Below are positions 10,552-19,969 of a stretch of DNA of 64,000 nucleotides, in pieces (the stretch's first letter is position 1; the number at the start of each line of letters is the position of its first letter). The notes under the pieces were generated by a model. It worked only from the letters and a program-made list of their open reading frames with translations, ran no database searches and had not been told where the DNA came from. The position numbers were made by a program, and so were the translations under genes. This DNA is from Acidobacteriota bacterium (GTDB lineage: Bacteria > Acidobacteriota > UBA6911 > JACQSX01). Location: contig DASXQR010000152.1 in the NCBI GenBank assembly GCA_036507075.1, forward strand, positions 1-64,000, read 5' to 3'.

Positions 10552-10963
10552 TGATGCGCATTTATCTGGTGGGAACAGATAGTTATTCACTCTAGACGAG
10601 CTTTGGCGTAGTCGAAAACTTGTAGTGTGATCACTGGCTGAGTGATCGCTTGATTTTGAAGCTGTTCTAATTTTCCGCAGCGCGGCAGAGATACATCTCT
10701 TAGGAGGAGAATGGGTTCCACTGCCAGGAATGCGAGCGCGCCGGATTCCGTTCGGCTCTTCACCCCTGTCGCATTAACCAAACAGCTACTAACACTTCGG
10801 TGGATGGCGAATAACCTGACCGGATCGTTACTGCCTTGGAGTCTACCAGTAACGAGGCGCGTTTTTCAGGACAGGTATTGATGGCGCTGCGGCCGATTCT
10901 GATGGATATTCTTCTTAGGTGGTGAAAAGCAAAACACTATCTTCTTAGGAGGGGGATGGGGGT

Positions 10964-11232
10964 ATGACTAAATTCAAACTGCATTTCCAAATTGGGGCCA
11001 TAGTTTTCCTGGCCATCTTTGCAGGTGCATTCGCGCAGGTCTCAAGCACGTCGAGCATTCACGGCACGGTGCGGGACAACTCGGGATCCCTGATCCCGGG
11101 CGCCGAGTTGATGGTCACGAACATGCTCACCGGGGCGGTCCAAAAAGCAATCACTAATGACGAAGGAAGTTTCACGGTGCCCGCGTTGCCGGTGGGAGTT
11201 TACAAGGTCGCTGCTTCTGTCCCGGGCTTTAA
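10964..11232 (+). pseudogene. 5' fragment of a TonB-dependent receptor truncated by an IS
   Basis: Signal peptide + GTVRDNSGSLIPGA...FTVPALPVGVYKV..VPGF, then IS end; no continuation after the IS. Confidence 0.85.
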
Positions 11233-13216
11233 CCCAAGTTCGTCACGAGATAGGGTAAGAATCGGCTAAGTTATTTAGAATCAAACTAGGCTACCGAAAA
11301 GTCTGCACTACATTTTGTATTGAGTTGAATGTGGCTGGGCAAGTCAATCCCTAGCCCATCGAGCAACTGTTTCTGCTCGGGCGTCGGTTCGGTGACCCGC
11401 CGCAACCGAATCTCCCGGCCGTCTGTTGTGGGCAGTACGATGTCGGCACTTTGTAGTGTTGACAACAGCGCCAGGGCTTGACCCGGAGATACAGCCGGCT
11501 GCTTGGCCTTCAACAGATGCTTTAAGGTGATCCACAGCGCGTAACCGAGGAACGCCACCAGCACATGCGCTTTGACGCGATGCTCCAGCTGATGAAATAA
11601 AGGACGAATCGACAACTCACTTTTGAGAACTCGGAACGACGCTTCCGCCTCGGTCAGTTGCATGTATTTTTCCCATAACTCCGACCCTGTCGATGCAGTC
11701 AAGTTTGTTCGCAGCAAATAGGCACCCTGGCGCCACTCCCGCCACTGTTTGTGGGTCGCCTTGATTTCCCAATGAAAGTGAATCGCTGCCTCTGTCTGCT
11801 TCACTTCAGTCTGGTACAGATCGGCCACCTGCGGATGGGATGCGAGGATTCTGCCCATTCGAACATGGATCTTGTCTCGATTCTTCAATCGGCCTGCCTG
11901 CACTTGCCGTTGCAAATTGCCGAGAGCTTTCTCAATGCGCGCCGTAAAGCGGTCCCGAATGGCTTTCTCTTTCTCCATCCGGCCTTTCGTTTTGCATAGG
12001 ATATAGGTTTCCTCACCGCCCGGAATCGTCACCAGCTTTACTTGGACCTCATCGCGCACCTGCTCCCAGTGGGCTTGGTCGATCAGCTCGGATTCAAACT
12101 TCTTTAATTGGCTGCGGGGTGTGCCCACCAAATACTGTCCTCCACGCTTGCGAATGGCTGCCAAATTAGCCTCGCTGACCACTCCCCGATCCATCACCCA
12201 TATGCGACGAGCTTTTCCATACTTGCGCTCAATACTCCGCAAGATCACTTCCATGGTTGTCACATCGGCCCGGTTGCCAGAGAATAGCTCGTAGCTACAA
12301 GGAAATCCTTCCCCGTTTACAATCAGCGCCAAGACCAACTGCAAGCAGTCGGGACGATGATCTCGCGAGTAGCCGCGCCGCATCATCGGATTGCGCGCGG
12401 CAACTCCTTCCACGTACGTGCTGGTCAGGTCATAGAGCATGACGTCAAAGTCGGCGCTAAACAGCTCTCCATAGCGTTGCTTGAGATGTCCTTCCAGTCT
12501 CGTCTTCTGTGGCACGATCCGGTCCAGGCAGCGATACAATCGCGTGTCGTTGATCTTGTCTTCATCCAATTGCAGCAGATCCCCCAGCGCGGTACTGGGA
12601 TACCAGCGCTGTTCTACTGCCAGTTCACTACCAGGAGCACAGAGTCGATTAATGGCCAACACAGCGGCCACTCGAGACCAAGCTACATCGACAGGCGCAC
12701 CATCTACGTGGGTCTCAAAAAACTCATCCAGCTTGAGCCGTTTCCACAACTCCCAGCCCAACAGACAGGGGCCCAACTGGCGCACCCGTTCCAGTCGAAC
12801 TTTCTGGATGAGTATCTGTGCCACCTCCGGGTCGTCTGCCGGAACCTCAATCTCGGAAGGAAATAACTTCAACTGCTCACGCTCACCCTGCTCATTGAAA
12901 ACCTCGATAGTCTTGAGCCAGCGAGCCTGTGCCGAACCGTTCAACTCACCTAAGTAACAGAGCGTGCGTTGTCGCGGTCCATCGGCGGTACCAACCGTCT
13001 CTACCAACGACCAATAGGTGTGCTGTTTGCCGTCCTTGTTGCGCCCGTGAGCACGCAAAAACATTCGCCCGATCCTGGCATTATCCTCGCCACCCTTCAA
13101 GAGGGTTGGTCTGCACTACATCGACTTTTTCAAATGCCGTTGTTGACGACAAACGATTTACTCCCGCCGCCAACCCCAAAAATCCTTACAATCAGCATAC
13201 GCGTGACGAACTTGGG
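11233..13216 (-). mobile_element. IS1634-family insertion sequence
   Basis: Perfect 15-bp TIR CCCAAGTTCGTCACG (11233-11247) / CGTGACGAACTTGGG (13202-13216) enclosing a transposase. Confidence 0.9.
11286..13064 (-). CDS. IS1634-family DDE transposase
   Basis: LYDLTSTYVEG, RGYSRDHRPD, VMDRG, EASFRVLKSEL.IRP.FHQ, AHVLVAFL; start MFLR at 13064. Confidence 0.9.
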   Translation of the reverse strand: MFLRAHGRNKDGKQHTYWSLVETVGTADGPRQRTLCYLGELNGSAQARWLKTIEVFNEQGEREQLKLFPSEIEVPADDPEVAQILIQKVRLERVRQLGPCLLGWELWKRLKLDEFFETHVDGAPVDVAWSRVAAVLAINRLCAPGSELAVEQRWYPSTALGDLLQLDEDKINDTRLYRCLDRIVPQKTRLEGHLKQRYGELFSADFDVMLYDLTSTYVEGVAARNPMMRRGYSRDHRPDCLQLVLALIVNGEGFPCSYELFSGNRADVTTMEVILRSIERKYGKARRIWVMDRGVVSEANLAAIRKRGGQYLVGTPRSQLKKFESELIDQAHWEQVRDEVQVKLVTIPGGEETYILCKTKGRMEKEKAIRDRFTARIEKALGNLQRQVQAGRLKNRDKIHVRMGRILASHPQVADLYQTEVKQTEAAIHFHWEIKATHKQWREWRQGAYLLRTNLTASTGSELWEKYMQLTEAEASFRVLKSELSIRPLFHQLEHRVKAHVLVAFLGYALWITLKHLLKAKQPAVSPGQALALLSTLQSADIVLPTTDGREIRLRRVTEPTPEQKQLLDGLGIDLPSHIQLNTKCSADFSVA

Positions 13217-13236
13217 CTAGCTCAGTCCTGGAGCTG

Positions 13237-13266
13237 AGGCCCCGTCGTTCTGGCGGGGCCTTTCTT
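13237..13266 (+). terminator. Rho-independent terminator
   Basis: aggccccgtc-gttct-ggcggggcct followed by ttctt. Confidence 0.65.
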
Positions 13267-13311
13267 ATTTCGGGAATGCGGAATTTGGATTGCGGAATCC
13301 GATTTGCCCAA

Positions 13312-14475
13312 TCACTCGAATGCCGGGATGCCGGTGATTTCCTGTCCCAGGATTAGGGTGTGGATGTCGTGGGTGCCTTCGTAGGTTTTGACCGACTCGA
13401 GATTGCACATGTGGCGGAAGACCGGATAATCGTCGACGATGCCGTTGGCTCCCAGGACGTCGCGGGCTTTGCGCGCGATTTCCAGCGCGATATGCACGTT
13501 GTTTCGTTTTGCCAGCGACACCTGCGAGAATGTCAACTTCCCTTCGTCCTTTAATCTTCCCAGGTGGTAGCAGAGCAGTTGCGCCTTGGTGATTTCATTG
13601 AGCATCCAAACCAGTTTATCCTGCACCAGTTGGTGGGAAGCGATCGGCTTGTTGGCGAACTGGCGGCGCTCCAGCGACCACTGTACGGCGGAATGGTAGC
13701 AGGCAATAGCGGCCCCCACTGCTCCCCAAGCAATTCCATATCGGGCCTGCGTCAAACACATCAGCGGCGACTTTAATCCATTGCTTTCCGGGAGCAGGGA
13801 ATCTGCCTTCAGTTTGCAGTCGTGAAACAGCAACTCTGAGGTGACCGAGGCCCGAAGTGAGAACTTGTTGTGATACTCCCGGGCTTCAAATCCGGGAGTC
13901 TCCTTTTCAACAAGAAATCCCCGGATTTCATCATCGTCGCACCTGGCCCACACAACGGCAACATCGGCGATGTTGCCATTGGTGATCCAGGCCTTGGAAC
14001 CATTCAGCAGGTAACCGCCGTCGCACTTGCGAGCGCGCGTCAGCATGCCCGCCGGATTGGACCCGAAATTCGGCTCGGTCAGGCCAAAACAGCCGATCGC
14101 ATCTCCGGATGCAAGCCGCGGCAGCCATTTATCCTTTTGTTCTTGCGACCCAAAAGTGTAGATGGGATACATGACGAGCGCGCCCTGGACCGACACAAAG
14201 CTGCGCAGGCCGCTGTCGCCGCGCTCCAGCTCCTGCATGATCAGCCCGTAGGCGGTATTGTTCAAACCCGCGCATCCATAACCGTGAAGATTGGCTCCAA
14301 GGAAACCAAGCTGCGCCATCTCCTTTACCAGATGAACAGGAAATGTCGCTTCCCGGTTGTGCTTTTCGATGATGGGCAACACCCGGTCATCCACAAAATC
14401 GCGGACAGTCCGTCGCACCAGCTTTTCTTCATCAGTGAAAAGCCGGTCGATGTTCATGAAGTCGGGGTATTTCAT
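13312..14475 (-). CDS. gcdH: Glutaryl-CoA dehydrogenase (acyl-CoA dehydrogenase family)
   Basis: YGLIMQELERGDSGLRS, CFGLTEP, SLRASVT, ARYGIAWG, TYEGTHDIH. Confidence 0.85.
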   Translation of the reverse strand: MKYPDFMNIDRLFTDEEKLVRRTVRDFVDDRVLPIIEKHNREATFPVHLVKEMAQLGFLGANLHGYGCAGLNNTAYGLIMQELERGDSGLRSFVSVQGALVMYPIYTFGSQEQKDKWLPRLASGDAIGCFGLTEPNFGSNPAGMLTRARKCDGGYLLNGSKAWITNGNIADVAVVWARCDDDEIRGFLVEKETPGFEAREYHNKFSLRASVTSELLFHDCKLKADSLLPESNGLKSPLMCLTQARYGIAWGAVGAAIACYHSAVQWSLERRQFANKPIASHQLVQDKLVWMLNEITKAQLLCYHLGRLKDEGKLTFSQVSLAKRNNVHIALEIARKARDVLGANGIVDDYPVFRHMCNLESVKTYEGTHDIHTLILGQEITGIPAFE

Positions 14476-14556
14476 AAGGGCGCTTAGTTCGGCTGGCTTG
14501 GTGCCTTGGTGGTTCAAAAGAATTTACCACCAAGGCACCAAGCTAGTTTAACTTTC

Positions 14557-15834
14557 TCAAGCGTAAATTCCACGGATCTTCGTGTAATAGGCAACGCGAT
14601 CGACGGCAAGCATGTAGGAGGCCATCCTCATATTCTCGCTGTGCGTCCGGGAGTAGTTGAGCACATCCTGAAAGCTGGAGAGCATTACATCCTCCAGCCG
14701 CTCATTGACATCCTTTTCGCGCCAGAAATATCCATACCGGTCCTGCACCCACTCAAAATAAGAGACGGTCACACCTCCGGCATTGGCCAGGATGTCGGGA
14801 ATTACGAACACACCCTTTTCGTCCAGGATGGGATCGGCTGCCGCACTGGTGGGGCCATTTGCTCCCTCCAGCAGAATTTTTGTCCGGATATTACGCGCGT
14901 TTTTCGTGGTGATTTGATTTTCAGTTGCCGCGGGCAGAAGAATCTCACACGGTATCTCGAGTATCTCGCTCTCCCCAACCGGCTCACAACCCGGGAACCC
15001 GTTCACCGTTTTGTTGCGCGTGTGATAGTCCTGCAGCCCGGATATATCGATTCCGTCAGGATTAAAAATTCCCCCGTTGATGTCTGAGACCGCGATGATT
15101 TTGAACCCTTCCCGAGCCATCAGTTTGGCTGACACCGAACCCACGTTGCCGAACCCCTGAATCACGACGCGGGACTTTTCCGGTTTCAGGTCAAACAGCT
15201 TGATCGCGTCCAGGGCGATGATCGTCAAGCCGCGGCCGGTGGCCTCCCGACGGCCGCGCGATCCCCCAAGACCGATCGGCTTGCCCGTGACGACGGCATT
15301 CGCCGTGTGCCGCACGTGCATGCTGTAGGTGTCCATGATCCACGCCATGACCTGCTCGTTAGTATTTATGTCCGGAGCGGGCACATCCTTTTCCGGGCCG
15401 ATGAAATCCAGCAGCTCGGCGGTGTACCGGCGCGTCAGTTTTTCCAGCTCCGCCAGAGACATCTTTGACGGATCGCAAATCACGCCCCCCTTGGCCCCGC
15501 CGAAGGGAATGTTCACGACCGAACACTTCCACGTCATCCAGGCCGCCAGCGCTTTCATCTCGTCCAGCGTCACATCGGGCGAGTAGCGGATGCCGCCCTT
15601 GCACGGACCGCGCGCGATGTTGTGCTGCACCCGGTATCCGGTGAACAATTCCAGCCTGCCGTCGTCCATTACCACCGGGATGTAAACGGTGATTTCTCGA
15701 TTGGGCGACCGCAGCAGCCGATAAAGCCCCGGATCGAGCCTTAGCTTTTGCGCCGCGTAATCGAAGCGCTCCATCATCGACTCAAATGCGCTTACATCAG
15801 GATCTGCATGCTTCGGAATGACGCCTTCAATCAT
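14557..15834 (-). CDS. gdhA: Glu/Leu/Phe/Val dehydrogenase (glutamate dehydrogenase)
   Basis: [43 protein letters not shown]. Confidence 0.92.
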   Translation of the reverse strand: MIEGVIPKHADPDVSAFESMMERFDYAAQKLRLDPGLYRLLRSPNREITVYIPVVMDDGRLELFTGYRVQHNIARGPCKGGIRYSPDVTLDEMKALAAWMTWKCSVVNIPFGGAKGGVICDPSKMSLAELEKLTRRYTAELLDFIGPEKDVPAPDINTNEQVMAWIMDTYSMHVRHTANAVVTGKPIGLGGSRGRREATGRGLTIIALDAIKLFDLKPEKSRVVIQGFGNVGSVSAKLMAREGFKIIAVSDINGGIFNPDGIDISGLQDYHTRNKTVNGFPGCEPVGESEILEIPCEILLPAATENQITTKNARNIRTKILLEGANGPTSAAADPILDEKGVFVIPDILANAGGVTVSYFEWVQDRYGYFWREKDVNERLEDVMLSSFQDVLNYSRTHSENMRMASYMLAVDRVAYYTKIRGIYA

Positions 15835-16145
15835 ATGGTCTTCCTCAAGCTGGATTATCCCATACCGAAGTCGAAGGTCTGAATGTCGAAGGTCGAAAGT
15901 CTATAGGCCAAAAGTCTGAGAGGCCGACTTACATTAGCGCGCCGCTCCCTTGCCCAAAGCGTCGTGCACAAATCTGCGGGTGACTTGGCTCGCAACACTG
16001 ATTTCACCGCGGTGAATAAGACATGCCATCTTCACCTATGTCGGGCAAAACGACAACCACGCCAAGTTCCAAGCAATAGCGCTTTTCAATTTATGAAGAA
16101 CCGTGTGCAGTTGGGGACCCTCGACCTTCGACCTTCGACTTAGTT

Positions 16146-17018
16146 TTACGCGGCGCCGCGGGGGTGAACGGTATCCAGCGTGGTAATCTCGTAAACGTCG
16201 GTTCGTTCCAGCAGCTTGCCGGCGAAGGTTGCATGGGCGGCGTGGCCCGCGCGCCAGGCTTTCAAATGTCCCAGGATCGGTTTCCCCACCAGCGCTATGT
16301 CCCCAATCAAGTCAAGTGCCTTATGGCGGACAAACTCATCAGGTTCGCGAAGGTGCCCGTTCATGATTCCGTCTTCGGAAAGGACGATGGCATTATCGAA
16401 TGAGCCTCCCCGAATTAGATTATTCTTCATCAGCGTCTCCACCTCCCGATAAAATCCGAACGTTCGCGCATGGCAAATCTCTTCCTGGTAGACTTGCGGG
16501 GTGAGCACCAGATCCAGCTCCTGGCGGCCGATCAGTGGATGAGGAAATTCAATCGCACAGGTAACGCGCAACCCGTTGCCCGGCTCCACAGACACGGATT
16601 TGTTGTTTTCGCTCCATTGGAAGGACTTCAGGACCCGAAGATATTCCCGCTTCTTTTCCTGGGTCCGCACGCCCGCCCGGCGAATGGCATCCACGTAAGG
16701 GCGCGCGCTGCCGTCCAGAATCGGGATCTCCAGAGAATCGACATGAATGTAGAGGTTGTCAATGCCCAGTCCGTAGATGGCCGACATCAAGTGCTCGACC
16801 GTGGACAACATGACGCCGCGCTTCATCAGCGTGGTCGCGTAATTCACTTTGGCCACGTTGCGCCGCAGTGCTTCAATTTCAAAATTATTCAGGTCAGAGC
16901 GACAAAACCGGATGCCGGTGTCGGCAGGAGCGGGCGCCAGACGAAGGGAAACGGCAAAGCCGGAGTGCAGACCCACTCCGCTGAACTGCAACTCGTCTGC
17001 TATGGTAGTCTGATACAT
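16146..17018 (-). CDS. lpxC: UDP-3-O-acyl-N-acetylglucosamine deacetylase
   Basis: GVGLHSG, STVEHLM, PILDGS, ARTFGF, EFVRHKALDLIGD, AGHAAH; start MYQTT at 17018. Confidence 0.95.
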   Translation of the reverse strand: MYQTTIADELQFSGVGLHSGFAVSLRLAPAPADTGIRFCRSDLNNFEIEALRRNVAKVNYATTLMKRGVMLSTVEHLMSAIYGLGIDNLYIHVDSLEIPILDGSARPYVDAIRRAGVRTQEKKREYLRVLKSFQWSENNKSVSVEPGNGLRVTCAIEFPHPLIGRQELDLVLTPQVYQEEICHARTFGFYREVETLMKNNLIRGGSFDNAIVLSEDGIMNGHLREPDEFVRHKALDLIGDIALVGKPILGHLKAWRAGHAAHATFAGKLLERTDVYEITTLDTVHPRGAA

Positions 17019-17275
17019 GAGACAACACGCTTGCAATTGCTTTGCCAAGGTGGCGAATTGCGCGTAAACTGTTGGCTCCACAATCTCAAGTGTGCTCTTA
17101 TGCAGACCACAGATTTCGTTGGACTGTGGTAATTTTGCGACAACGATCGGGGCTTGTCGGGTTAGGGGGAATTTTCGACGCATCTTTAGGGGAACCTGCG
17201 CGAGCGTAGTTCATCAAAGCCTTAAGTTCCAGTAATCAGTAAACTTAGGCTGCTTGTATGCTGCCAAACAGTTCG

Positions 17276-17303
17276 TTGACAGCAAGGGGTGATTCTGTAT
17301 AAT
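17276..17303 (+). promoter_or_regulatory. Consensus sigma70 promoter for the GT2 gene
   Basis: TTGACA-16 nt-TATAAT. Confidence 0.7.
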
Positions 17304-17462
17304 TACGCGTCGTGACCCAACCAGACTCTGATTCAAAACGTACCAGTCTGCGTGGTTGCAGGTTTTCGTTTTCACGCCAAAAGATCGGGCACACAATGCC
17401 GCGTCGCAGTCTCTCCGACTAAACTCCTGGATGAGCTCCTAAACTAAATTGGTGCTGAAAAA

Positions 17463-19034
17463 ATGACTATTTTTGGCCCTGAAAAGACGCCTCTTCAAAG
17501 ATTTCTCGAGTCAAATAATCTCGCTTATCTGTACAGCAGCAATTATTTTGATTTGAGCATCTTGCTGGGGTACTTCGTCGTTCTCAGTGTGCTCGCAATC
17601 TACGGCATCCATCGCTACCACATGGTTTATTTGTATTACAAATACAAGAACAACAAGCCTGTTCCCAGAGGAAGCCTGTCGGAAAAACCCCGCATCACCA
17701 TTCAGCTTCCGATTTACAACGAGATGTATGTTGTCGAAAGATTGATTGAATCCGCCTGCACGCTTGAATGGCCAAAAAATCTGTTGGAAGTTCAGGTTCT
17801 GGATGATTCTACCGATGAGACGCAGCAGATTGCATCCGCGTGCGCTGCGCGGTTCAAGGCTCGCGGTTACGACATCCACTACATTCATCGCGATGATCGC
17901 ACCGGTTTCAAAGCCGGCGCCCTGGCCAACGGTCTGCGGCTCGCAAAAGGCGAGTTTGTGGCAATCTTTGACGCCGACTTTCTGCCCAACCCTGAAACGC
18001 TCACGCAAACCGTGGATTACTTCAGCGACCCGGAGGTAGGAATGGTCCAGGTGCGCTGGGGTCATATCAATCGTGAATACTCATTCCTGACGCGGGTGCA
18101 GTCGATTCTGCTGGACGGACATTTCGTAATCGAGCATACGGCGCGCAATCGGTCGGGACGATTTTTCAATTTCAACGGGACCGCAGGAATCTGGCGCCGC
18201 GCCGCCATCGAAACCGCGGGCGGCTGGGAGCACGATACCTTGACCGAGGACCTCGACTTGAGTTACCGCGCGCAGATGAAAGGCTGGAAATTCATTTTTC
18301 TGCCTGAAATCGTGGCGCCCGCCGAAATCCCCGTCGAGATGAATTCGTTCAAGTCGCAACAGAACCGGTGGGCGAAGGGATCGATCCAGACGGGCAAGAA
18401 AATTCTGCCGCGGTTGCTTCGCAGCAATCTGCCGCTGCGCGTAAAAGTGGAAGCCTTCTTTCATCTCACCGCCAACATCGCCTATCCCTTGATGATCGTG
18501 CTTTCACTGCTGCTATTTCCGGCCTTGATCATCCGTTTTCATCAGGGATGGTTTGAGATGCTGGTCCTGGACCTGCCGCTTTTTATCGCCTCGACGTTTT
18601 CCGTTTCTTCCTTTTATGTAGTGTCCCAGCGCGAAATCTATCCCGATTGGAAATCGAATCTGAAATACCTTCCCTTTTTGATGTCGGTGGGAATCGGTCT
18701 CTCGGTCAGCAACAGCAAGGCGGTGCTGGAAGCGCTGCTGGGAATTGATTCCACTTTTCTTCGCACGCCCAAACATTCAGTCAGGAAATCCGGCGACCAG
18801 TGGAAGAGCAAGAAGTATCACGCCAGAATGGGAGTCCTCCCGATGGTTGAAGTGGTCCTGGGCGCCTACTTCACGCTGATGATCCTGTACGCGTTGGAGA
18901 ACGGAATTTACGGAACAGTGCCGTTTCTGTTCCTGTTCATGAACGGCTTCCTGTACACCGGCTTTATGTCGCTTTTCCAAAGCAGCCGCGTCGGCGCCAT
19001 GGCACAGTCAACGCTGCTGCGCGTCACGGATTAG
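17463..19034 (+). CDS. Processive GT2 glycosyltransferase (cellulose synthase-like)
   Basis: QLPIYNE, DDSTD, KAGAL, FDADF, TED and QQNRWAKG (QxxRW) plus several TM helices. Confidence 0.9.
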   Translation: MTIFGPEKTPLQRFLESNNLAYLYSSNYFDLSILLGYFVVLSVLAIYGIHRYHMVYLYYKYKNNKPVPRGSLSEKPRITIQLPIYNEMYVVERLIESACTLEWPKNLLEVQVLDDSTDETQQIASACAARFKARGYDIHYIHRDDRTGFKAGALANGLRLAKGEFVAIFDADFLPNPETLTQTVDYFSDPEVGMVQVRWGHINREYSFLTRVQSILLDGHFVIEHTARNRSGRFFNFNGTAGIWRRAAIETAGGWEHDTLTEDLDLSYRAQMKGWKFIFLPEIVAPAEIPVEMNSFKSQQNRWAKGSIQTGKKILPRLLRSNLPLRVKVEAFFHLTANIAYPLMIVLSLLLFPALIIRFHQGWFEMLVLDLPLFIASTFSVSSFYVVSQREIYPDWKSNLKYLPFLMSVGIGLSVSNSKAVLEALLGIDSTFLRTPKHSVRKSGDQWKSKKYHARMGVLPMVEVVLGAYFTLMILYALENGIYGTVPFLFLFMNGFLYTGFMSLFQSSRVGAMAQSTLLRVTD

Positions 19035-19043
19035 TCCGGAAGA

Positions 19044-19196
19044 CTGAACCGCCAAGACCGCTAAGAGGCGCATAGGATGGGGCTGAAACTTGAAGGATGA
19101 GGGACTACGCCAACGCGCCTTGATGGTCGTCATCCTTCAAGTTTCAGCCCCATCCTATGCGCTCTCTTGGCGATCTTGGTGGTCTTGGCGGTTCAG
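19044..19196. repeat. Long palindromic element with 33-bp perfect stem
   Basis: 19068-19100 is the exact reverse complement of 19130-19162; homologous to 51721-51892. Confidence 0.9.
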
Positions 19197-19226
19197 CCTT
19201 CTTAAATAATCCTAAAAGGAGGATGT

Positions 19227-19601
19227 ATGAAACGAGTGGCCCTTTTCCTGCTTGTTCTGGTCTCGCTGGTGGTGGCATATACGGCACTATCAGCGGCGCG
19301 CAGCGAGGACCTGGATCCGGTCAAGGTCGCCGGAGACACGCACAAACTGGTGCTGGAAAACAAGTTTGTGCGCGTGCTGGAAACCAAAATTCCGGCAGGC
19401 AAGTCAGAGCCGATGCACGAACATCGCCGGGGTGTGGTTATTTATCTTTCCGACTTCAAGGTACGCGTCACAGAACGGGGCGCCAAGCCGCAGGAGGCGG
19501 TGCGCCACAACGGCGACATCCGCTGGCGCGAAAACACGGTGCATTCGGTTAAAAACATCGGCACCACCGAAGGCCACGTCATCAGCGTCGAGCTGAAGTA
19601 A
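19227..19601 (+). CDS. Exported cupin-domain protein
   Basis: Signal peptide; LENKFVRVLE, PMHEH, HSVKNIG; AGGAGG RBS. Confidence 0.75.
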   Translation: MKRVALFLLVLVSLVVAYTALSAARSEDLDPVKVAGDTHKLVLENKFVRVLETKIPAGKSEPMHEHRRGVVIYLSDFKVRVTERGAKPQEAVRHNGDIRWRENTVHSVKNIGTTEGHVISVELK

Positions 19602-19680
19602 CCTGTCGCCCATCGAGCCGCCGACTAGCCTTAGCCGGCGGCTTTGGCTCCACAGTACCGCGGGCGTAAATAAATTCAAA

Positions 19681-19856
19681 AAGCTTGAACCGCGAAGTAC
19701 GCGAAGGACGCCAAGCTCATCATGGTCCGAACAACCAGTTGACTGCAAGCAATTGAAAGTTCTGAAGAACATGTAAGGTGCAGTACCATTTGAAGCCGGA
19801 CTGAAAAAGAAATTCTTAGCGTTCTTAGTGTACTTAGCGGTTCAATTTTTTCTCAC
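19681..19856. repeat. REPIN-like element, inverted copy of 6811-6965
   Basis: Same arms and internal core; related arms also at 41985-42147 and 49211-49370. Confidence 0.8.
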
Positions 19857-19969
19857 GTTCTAAGCCCGCGCCCGCCAAATCAGGCCCGCCTGTGACGTCT
19901 GCTGCCAGGCATGTTATGATCAGCCATTCCACTCACGGTCGGGACGCGCACGTAAGTCAAATATCCGCT

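Noticed and set aside
10560..10960. Possible riboswitch upstream of the truncated TBDR
   Set aside because: Local hairpins exist (tcgttactg/cagtaacga), but I could not recognise cobalamin, TPP or other consensus motifs; an Rfam scan would be needed
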